Source: a virus. From it: a DNA stretch of 39,675 bases. Positions within the stretch are counted from its first letter, which is position 1. The number at the start of each line of letters is the position of its first letter. The stretch lies in IMG/VR virus record IMGVR_UViG_3300045988_038155; one strand, given 5' to 3'. A program made the position numbers and the translations under genes. Under the pieces are notes generated by a model, which made no database searches, had not been told where the DNA came from, and saw only the letters and a program-made list of their open reading frames with translations. Shown piece after piece: positions 34,255-39,675 of the stretch.

Positions 34255-34576
34255 GCTTTTTGACCTTATCCCTGCCCCGGTGGCGGCAGTGCTGATGCTG
34301 GGCGGATTCATCTTCTACGCCCTCAGCTGCATCCGGCTGGGCTACGGCGCAGCGGTAAAGCCTCTGGTGCTTGACCTCATCGAGCGGGCAGAGCAGGAGA
34401 TTCAGGGGACTAAACGCGGCGCAGAGCGCAAGGCGTGGGTCGTCAAGATGCTCCGGGCCGCTCTGAGCGCCAGCAAATACGGCAGGCTCATCAGCTGGGC
34501 CATCACCGATGAGACCATCGGCACCGTGATTCAGTTTTTCTTTGACCGCGCAAAGGCGGCACTGAGTAAGGAGTAA
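34235..34576 (+). CDS. Holin, LL-H-like family
   Basis: N-terminal TM helix VAAVLMLGGFIFYALSCI followed by an amphipathic domain. AAAGGAG RBS. Confidence 0.55.
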   Translation: MEALATKLFDLIPAPVAAVLMLGGFIFYALSCIRLGYGAAVKPLVLDLIERAEQEIQGTKRGAERKAWVVKMLRAALSASKYGRLISWAITDETIGTVIQFFFDRAKAALSKE

Positions 34577-34580
34577 TACC

Positions 34581-34811
34581 ATGAGCAGCACTATATTCGA
34601 GCAAACACCGCGCTATTATTATGATCAGCGTGCGTACCCGATTTTGTGGCCCGCAGTGTGTGACCATTTTGCCAACGGCGGCAAAATGGGACATCCCCGT
34701 GCCGTGACCGCTCGAGTGCGCAACGCCGGACAGCTGCCGCAGCCCTTCTGGCTCGGTGCTACCTGTGGCGGCGGCTCGTGTAGTGCTGCCCGCTGCGCTG
34801 CAAGGACTTGA
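34581..34811 (+). CDS. Hypothetical protein, possibly the 5' part of a frameshifted regulator gene
   Basis: Strong AAGGAG RBS. The C-terminal third is low-complexity (GATCGGGSCSAARCAART) and overlaps the next ORF by 56 nt. Confidence 0.5.
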   Translation: MSSTIFEQTPRYYYDQRAYPILWPAVCDHFANGGKMGHPRAVTARVRNAGQLPQPFWLGATCGGGSCSAARCAART

Positions 34812-34986
34812 CCGACAGCAGATGACCGCCGCCATCAAAAGCGCACCGCTTGGGAGGGTAGACCGTAAGATAGCCTTACTGCGGTACGTTGAGCGGCTCC
34901 CGCTGCCGGACATTGCAGCACAGACACATTACAGCCGGACGGCGATAGGCTACCGGCTGAAAGGTATTGATAAAATACTTGGATAG
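34756..34986 (+). CDS. Sigma-70 region-4/LuxR-like HTH ORF
   Basis: RKIALLRYVERLPLPDIAAQTHYSRTAIGYRLKGIDKIL. No convincing RBS for GTG 34756 or ATG 34822. Its frame is open from 34708. Confidence 0.45.
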   Translation: MLPVAAARVVLPAALQGLDRQQMTAAIKSAPLGRVDRKIALLRYVERLPLPDIAAQTHYSRTAIGYRLKGIDKILG

Positions 34987-34991
34987 GCAAA

Positions 34992-35036
34992 TCCCCCGGT
35001 GTTCCGTTTGGAGCATCGGGGAATTTTTTATTTTTG
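34992..35036 (+). terminator. Intrinsic terminator ending the late/lysis operon
   Basis: TCCCC(C)G...CGGGGA stem followed by ATTTTTTATTTTT. Confidence 0.65.
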
Positions 35037-35123
35037 GGGACATGGAAGCCCGGCAGTCTTTTTCGCTGAGATAGACCTGGAAGGGCTTGCCGCAAATGGT
35101 GCATCTTTTCTTTATCGCGCGGC

Positions 35124-35624
35124 TCATCCCTGTAAATCAGCAATGGTAACGCCGCAAGCGGCTGCGATCTTTTCGAGGGTAGACACTCTCGAGACTGCCT
35201 TTCCGGACTCTGCATGTTGAATGGTTGCAGTGGACAGCCCGGTTTTTTCTGCCAAGGCCCGGATGGTTAATCCTGCGTTTTCTCTGGCTGCCTTGATTTT
35301 GACGGCAGACACGCCAAGCGTCTTATAATCGGGTGAGTTATACCCAATCACGAACAACCCTTGCTGTTCCATCGGCAACGCCTTGAGCGAATAGCTTTTC
35401 TCTGCATCCTCAATGTCAACGTCCTTCAGGACGTAGGAACAGGCATTGTCAAGCTCCGGGGTCATTTTATGGAGCTTGTGCGCCAGCGTGATCCTCATCG
35501 TCACGCCACGCACAGGGAATCTCGTTGCGTTGTCGAGGTCTGCCTGATTTACATGGTCAGGGGCGCAGGCTTCGTCCAGCAAGCGGTACAGCTTGCCAAG
35601 ATTTCGGATGGTATTGTTTTCCAT
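35124..35624 (-). CDS. Regulator with C-terminal XRE-type HTH and unknown N-terminal domain
   Basis: AGGAGGA RBS. IKAARENAGLTIRALAEKTGLSTATIQHAESG at the C-terminus. Confidence 0.75.
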   Translation of the reverse strand: MENNTIRNLGKLYRLLDEACAPDHVNQADLDNATRFPVRGVTMRITLAHKLHKMTPELDNACSYVLKDVDIEDAEKSYSLKALPMEQQGLFVIGYNSPDYKTLGVSAVKIKAARENAGLTIRALAEKTGLSTATIQHAESGKAVSRVSTLEKIAAACGVTIADLQG

Positions 35625-35640
35625 TTTGTCCTCCTAGCAT

Positions 35641-36048
35641 TCACTTGTTCAGCATGTCCATCACGGCGTTGTAATGCTTTTCGTGTTCTTCGCCAACAGC
35701 AAGCTCCCGCTTGATTTTTTCGTTGCGGTAGCGGCGCTCCTCTCCGTAGATCTCGTTCTCGATCTCATCGGGGATTTCAATGAACGCTTTCTGCTTCTTG
35801 CCGTGAGTCACAACGAACACAACAAAGGCGTGGTGTACGTTCTCCGGCCAACGGCCGATCTGCTGCTTGTAGGCACCCGCCTTCATTTCCTGCCCATTCA
35901 CCAGCAGGGAATTGATGGTGTACTGCCACTTATGGCAAGGGACCGTAAGCTCGTTGCCTTCGTTCCAGAGGGTTTCTTCGGTGATGACCTTTTTGTCAAT
36001 GTCGAGTTCGATTTTTGCGCCGCGGGCGGTATTCCAAGAGTATTTCAT
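35641..36048 (-). CDS. Hypothetical protein (135 aa), first gene of a 2-gene leftward operon
   Basis: GGAGGGA lies 5 nt upstream of ATG 36048. 16 nt upstream of the HTH gene. Confidence 0.7.
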   Translation of the reverse strand: MKYSWNTARGAKIELDIDKKVITEETLWNEGNELTVPCHKWQYTINSLLVNGQEMKAGAYKQQIGRWPENVHHAFVVFVVTHGKKQKAFIEIPDEIENEIYGEERRYRNEKIKRELAVGEEHEKHYNAVMDMLNK

Positions 36049-36086
36049 TTTTTGTCCCTCCATTTGTGTTTCCTTCTGACGCCATC

Positions 36087-36179
36087 ATTATACCACAAAA
36101 CTAATACAAGTGATACAGGCATAGTCACCAGACTTTGCCTTATTTTTTTGTCTATTTTGTATCAGTTGTATTAGTTTTG
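36087..36179. promoter_or_regulatory. Divergent control region: extended -10 promoter (- strand) plus 21-bp inverted repeat
   Basis: The - strand reads TGgTATAAT (complement of 36087-36095). CAAAACTAATACAAGTGATAC at 36096-36116 against GTATCAGTTGTATTAGTTTTG at 36159-36179 (20/21 complementary, 42-bp spacer). Confidence 0.6.
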
Positions 36180-36300
36180 GCTAGGTCGCAATCAAACTCT
36201 AATCAAGATTTAATCAGGCGTTTTTGTCCTTCGTTATGCGTTCGTTGTCTCTTAACTCTCCTTAAAAAGGTAAACTGAGCGCAAAGGGAGGTAAGCGCCA

Positions 36301-36678
36301 ATGTGGAACAAGTTCAGCCCGAACCCTCACGGGGGCAGCGTGGGTGATTGCGCCGTGCGCGCGGTAGCAGCAGCCACCGGGCAGAGCTGGGAGCAGGCCT
36401 ACATTGGATTGGCGCTGACCGGCTTTGCTCTCGGCGATATGCCCAGCGCCAACCGCACATGGGGCGCATACCTCCAAAAGCACGGATTCAAGCGCCACCT
36501 TGTCGAGGCAGACTGCACCACCTGTTACACCGTGGCAGATTTTGCCCGGGAGTATCCGCACGGCGTGTATGTGCTGGGGTGTTCCGGCCATGTTCTGGCC
36601 GTGGTCAACGGTGACTGGCTGGACAGCTGGGACAGCGGCGCAGAATGCCCGATCTACTACTGGTACAAGGAGGACTAA
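36301..36678 (+). CDS. Small protein with papain-like Cys/His/Asp arrangement
   Basis: AAGGGAGG RBS. GDC17AVRA, SGH97VLAV, D108SWDSG. Confidence 0.6.
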   Translation: MWNKFSPNPHGGSVGDCAVRAVAAATGQSWEQAYIGLALTGFALGDMPSANRTWGAYLQKHGFKRHLVEADCTTCYTVADFAREYPHGVYVLGCSGHVLAVVNGDWLDSWDSGAECPIYYWYKED

Positions 36679-36681
36679 ACG

Positions 36682-37131
36682 ATGCCGTACAATCCATATG
36701 GCTACCAAATGCCAAACTACTACGGACAGCCTATGCCTGACCAGCTCACGCAGCTGCGGCAGAATGCCGGGTATCAGGCGCCCATGATGAGCCAACCGAC
36801 AGGTCAAAGCTCCCCAGCCACGCCTCCGATCATCTGGGTGCAGGGCGAAGAGGGCGCAAAAGCCTATATGGTCGCCGCAGGCAACAGCGTGCTCTTGATG
36901 GATAGCGAGAACAGCGCCTTTTACATCAAGAGCACGGACGCAAGCGGAATGCCGCTGCCGCTCAGGGCCTTTGATTACAAGGAGCGCACCACGGCAGCTA
37001 AGATGCCCGCTCAGGCCGTCCAACAGCCCGGCGGGGAGTTTGTCACCAGGGCAGAGTTTGACGCCCTGGCAGCCCGCTGTGCAGCGCTTGAAAAGCAGGA
37101 GCCCACAAAAACCAAAACGGAGGTCAAGTGA
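36682..37131 (+). CDS. Hypothetical protein, P/Y/Q-rich N-terminus
   Basis: AAGGAGGA RBS. MPYNPYGYQMPNYYGQPMP, then a globular segment IIWVQGEEGAKAYMV. Confidence 0.7.
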   Translation: MPYNPYGYQMPNYYGQPMPDQLTQLRQNAGYQAPMMSQPTGQSSPATPPIIWVQGEEGAKAYMVAAGNSVLLMDSENSAFYIKSTDASGMPLPLRAFDYKERTTAAKMPAQAVQQPGGEFVTRAEFDALAARCAALEKQEPTKTKTEVK

Positions 37132-37133
37132 TC

Positions 37134-37361
37134 ATGGCAAATCCTCTTTTTAATGCACTGGGCGGCGGCAAAGCATCATCCATGCCCGGCCCTATGGGCC
37201 AGTTCGGCCAGATGATGCAGCAGTTCCAGCAGTTCAAGGCTAATTTTCAGGGCGATCCAAAGCAGGAGGTGCAAAAGCTCCTGCAATCCGGGCGGATGAG
37301 CCAAGACCAGCTCAACCAGCTTCAGGCAATGGCTCAGCAGTTCCAGCAGTTTTTACACTAA
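37134..37361 (+). CDS. Gln-rich small protein
   Basis: GGAGGT lies 9 nt upstream of ATG 37134. QQFQQF occurs twice. Confidence 0.65.
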   Translation: MANPLFNALGGGKASSMPGPMGQFGQMMQQFQQFKANFQGDPKQEVQKLLQSGRMSQDQLNQLQAMAQQFQQFLH

Positions 37362-37422
37362 GTCGTAACCGTGGCCACGGTCGAGATACACTTTTTACCA
37401 AAAATTTTGAAAGGAGTACAAA

Positions 37423-38199
37423 ATGTCTCTTTCTTCTGACAACATCGGCTTGACTATGCCGGTGCAGCCCGCCAATACCAACAACGGCAACGGCTTTGGC
37501 TTTGGCGGCGATGGTTCGTGGTGGATCATCGTGCTCTTCCTTTTCATCTTCTGCGGCTGGGGCGGTAACTGGGGCGGCAATCGCGCCGGTGCCGGCGCCG
37601 GCGTCGTGGATGGTTACATCCTGACCAGCGACTTCGCCAACATCGAACGCAAGATCGATGGCGTAAACAACGGTATGTGTGACGGTTTCTACCAGCAGGC
37701 ACAGCTCATCAACGGCGTCCAGCAGACCGTGAGTAACGGCTTCATGTCCGCCGAGATCAGCCGTGCAAATCAGCAGGCGGCATTCATGCAGCAGCTCTTT
37801 GCGATGCAGATGCAGCAGCAGAACTGCTGCTGTGAGACCCGGTCTGCTATCCAGGGCGTCAACTACAATCTGGCTACCCAGTCCTGCGAGACCCGGAACA
37901 CCGTGCAGAACGCGACCCGGGACATCGTAGACAACCAGAACCAGAACGCCCGGGCTATCCTGGACGCTCTCACAGCTCAGCGCATCGAGGCAAAGGACGC
38001 CAAGATCGCGGAGCAGAGCCAGCAGCTCTTTGCGGCTCAGCTTGCAGCTTCCCAGGCGGCGCAGAACGAGACCCTCAAGGCATACATGAGCGGTCAGCTG
38101 GCCTACTACAACCCGCGTCCCGTTCCTGCCTTCCCGGTTCCTGCGCCGTACCAGTACGGTAATTGTGGCACCGGATGCGGCTGTAACGGCTGCGCATAA
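37423..38199 (+). CDS. Membrane protein: Gly-rich N-terminus, one TM, Gln-rich coiled coil, Cys-rich C-terminus
   Basis: AAAGGAG RBS. GNGFGFGGDGSWWIIVLFLFIFCGWGGNWGGN, and ...GNCGTGCGCNGCA at the end. Confidence 0.75.
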   Translation: MSLSSDNIGLTMPVQPANTNNGNGFGFGGDGSWWIIVLFLFIFCGWGGNWGGNRAGAGAGVVDGYILTSDFANIERKIDGVNNGMCDGFYQQAQLINGVQQTVSNGFMSAEISRANQQAAFMQQLFAMQMQQQNCCCETRSAIQGVNYNLATQSCETRNTVQNATRDIVDNQNQNARAILDALTAQRIEAKDAKIAEQSQQLFAAQLAASQAAQNETLKAYMSGQLAYYNPRPVPAFPVPAPYQYGNCGTGCGCNGCA

Positions 38200-38265
38200 C
38201 CAAATAACGGCAACTGACTGCAAATTGTAGTCTGTTCAGCCCCTGAGCTGATTTTGCAAACCAGA

Positions 38266-38299
38266 GCGCCGGGGCAAAAGTCCCGGCGCTTTTATTTAT
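38266..38299 (+). terminator. Strong intrinsic terminator
   Basis: GCGCCGGG/CCCGGCGC 8-bp stem, 8-nt loop, then TTTTATTTAT. Confidence 0.8.
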
Positions 38300-38315
38300 G
38301 AAAGGAGCCGATAAA

Positions 38316-38738
38316 ATGGCTGAATTTACGAATCCCAATATCGTGACGGTATCCGCCGGGGAAAATCTTCCCTTGACAGAGACTGCCGTAAAAGGCCCGG
38401 CCTGCATCGTCCATCGTGAGGGCGCGGGTATCGTGACCCTGCGCGGCCTGACAAACCAGTGCAAAGCCCGCTTCAAGGTGAGTTTTGGCGGAAACATTGC
38501 GGTGCCTACCGGCGGCACAGCCGGGGCTATCTCTGTAGCGCTGGCAATCGCTGGCGAGCCGCTGAACAGCGCAACGGCCATTGTTACCCCGGCGGCAGCA
38601 GGGAACTACTTTAATGTGTTCGCCGCCGCCTTTATCGAGGTTCCGCGCGGCTGCTGCGTGACTGTGGCAGTCGAGAACACCAGCACGCAGGCGATCGACA
38701 TTGCAAACAGCAATCTCATCGTTGAGCGCGTGGCATAA
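38316..38738 (+). CDS. BclA-C-terminal-like (C1q/TNF-like jelly-roll) domain protein without collagen repeats
   Basis: AAAGGAG RBS. All-beta pattern ending NSNLIVERVA, reminiscent of the exosporium BclA C-terminal domain ending IIIEKVA (from memory). Confidence 0.5.
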   Translation: MAEFTNPNIVTVSAGENLPLTETAVKGPACIVHREGAGIVTLRGLTNQCKARFKVSFGGNIAVPTGGTAGAISVALAIAGEPLNSATAIVTPAAAGNYFNVFAAAFIEVPRGCCVTVAVENTSTQAIDIANSNLIVERVA

Positions 38739-38753
38739 TGAGAGGAGAGCGCT

Positions 38754-39149
38754 ATGAACATGAAACACCTTAACGCACTGAAAGATATGCTGTGCGAGGA
38801 ACTGGAAGAAATTACCCGAAAAGGTGAACTGAGCGCCGGTGATTTGGACACCGCGCACAAGCTGACCGACACCATCAAGAATATCGACAAGATCCAGATG
38901 CTGGAGGACGGGGACTACAGCCGTACCGGCGAATGGGAAGCCGATATGCGCGGCACTCATGGCCAGGATGGCAGCTATGGCCGTGGCAACAGCTACGCCA
39001 ATCGAGGCCGTCACTATGTTCGTGGACACTACTCCCGCACGGATGGCCGTGATCGCATGATCTCTGACATTGAGGACATGATGCAGGACGCCACCGGCGC
39101 AGAGCGAGACGCTTACAAACGCGCGGCAGACATTCTGCGCAACGCATAA
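38754..39149 (+). CDS. Hypothetical helical/acidic protein with Gly/Arg/Tyr-rich centre
   Basis: GAGGAG RBS. Tight spacing. Confidence 0.7.
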   Translation: MNMKHLNALKDMLCEELEEITRKGELSAGDLDTAHKLTDTIKNIDKIQMLEDGDYSRTGEWEADMRGTHGQDGSYGRGNSYANRGRHYVRGHYSRTDGRDRMISDIEDMMQDATGAERDAYKRAADILRNA

Positions 39150-39167
39150 GGGAGGAGGGCGGCAAGT

Positions 39168-39500
39168 ATGGACATCGACGAGATCAACACCCATATCCAC
39201 AAGCTGAAATGCGGATCGACGGACTGGCAGAGCGTGGAAAAACTTGCCGCCCTCTGCACCGTGAGGAATGAGCTGGAAGAAAAGCAGGCACCGGCAGAAA
39301 TGCAGACTCAAGCGCTGCCTCCCGCGTCGTACCCGGCGGCATGCTCCACAAAAGCAAATCCGCAAAGCGAGTTCGTGGAAGCGGCCAGCGCCGCGCCCTT
39401 TGGAGGCTTGATGGAAGTGCTTGATGAGCACATGAGCGCCATAAAGCTTGCATACCCGAAAGAGTATGAGTTGGTCATGCGGAAGATAACCGCATTGTAA
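39168..39500 (+). CDS. Hypothetical protein
   Basis: GGGAGGAGGG RBS. Last gene before attR. Confidence 0.7.
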   Translation: MDIDEINTHIHKLKCGSTDWQSVEKLAALCTVRNELEEKQAPAEMQTQALPPASYPAACSTKANPQSEFVEAASAAPFGGLMEVLDEHMSAIKLAYPKEYELVMRKITAL

Positions 39501-39547
39501 AACAACACAAAATGTGTTATTTTTACATACAGCCAAAACTTGAAAAA

Positions 39548-39601
39548 TTGAATTTTTAAGTTTAATAAGCTAACGTAAGGCTAACAAACTTTGAATTTTT
39601 A
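39548..39601 (+). repeat. attP-arm direct repeats (candidate integrase arm-type sites)
   Basis: TTGAATTTTTA at 39548-39558 and 39591-39601, with GCTAAC twice between them. AT-rich arm next to the att core. Confidence 0.4.
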
Positions 39602-39620
39602 TCGATAAATGGTAAAATAA

Positions 39621-39675
39621 AACTGATTTGTAATCAGTGGGTTGCAGGTTCAACTCCTGTCACCAGCTCCAAAAA
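39621..39675 (+). repeat. attR core (phage-side copy of the tRNA-Thr 3' part, no tRNA 5' half upstream)
   Basis: Identical to 1-55. The upstream sequence (atcgataaatggtaaaataa) cannot form the tRNA 5' half. Confidence 0.9.

Larger units (their letters stand above)
1..39675. mobile_element. Complete integrated temperate siphovirus-like prophage (attL to attR)
   Basis: Identical 55-bp direct repeats at both window ends. Integrase lies next to the left repeat. Ordered lysogeny, replication, packaging, head, tail and lysis modules lie between. Confidence 0.9.

Overview
The window is one complete integrated temperate siphovirus-like prophage of about 39.7 kb. It is bounded by identical 55-bp direct repeats (1-55 and 39621-39675) that are the 3' part of a tRNA-Thr(UGU) gene. 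Gene order from left to right: (1) tyrosine integrase plus a translationally coupled HTH protein; (2) a lower-GC moron block; (3) a divergent cI-like/cro-like switch with three copies of a 12-bp operator; (4) antirepressor and early genes; (5) a Rad52/Sak-like annealase, SSB and a DnaD-like replisome organizer with internal iterons; (6) two orphan DNA methyltransferases flanking RusA; (7) a sigma-r4-like late activator; (8) a roughly 700-nt structured non-coding region holding tRNA-Trp, tRNA-like relics and intrinsic terminators; (9) terS/terL, an SPP1-like portal and a MuF/gp7-like protein; (10) a three-gene insertion including a DUF4417-like gene; (11) a phage-borne tRNA-Thr(UGU); (12) scaffold, capsid, connectors and major tail protein; (13) a chaperone with a T7 slippery site, tape measure and tail tip/fibre genes; (14) GH25 endolysin and two holin-like genes. 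The right arm then carries a divergently transcribed accessory region: a 2-gene HTH operon and a 7-gene cluster of unusual low-complexity, membrane and BclA-C-like proteins that I cannot assign to any known phage module. That cluster is the best candidate for something undescribed. Other unexplained items are a roughly 430-nt purine-rich non-coding block next to a protein with a RAMP-like glycine-rich loop, and shared N-terminal peptides in the insertion after MuF. All functional calls come from motifs read in the translations. No database search was possible.
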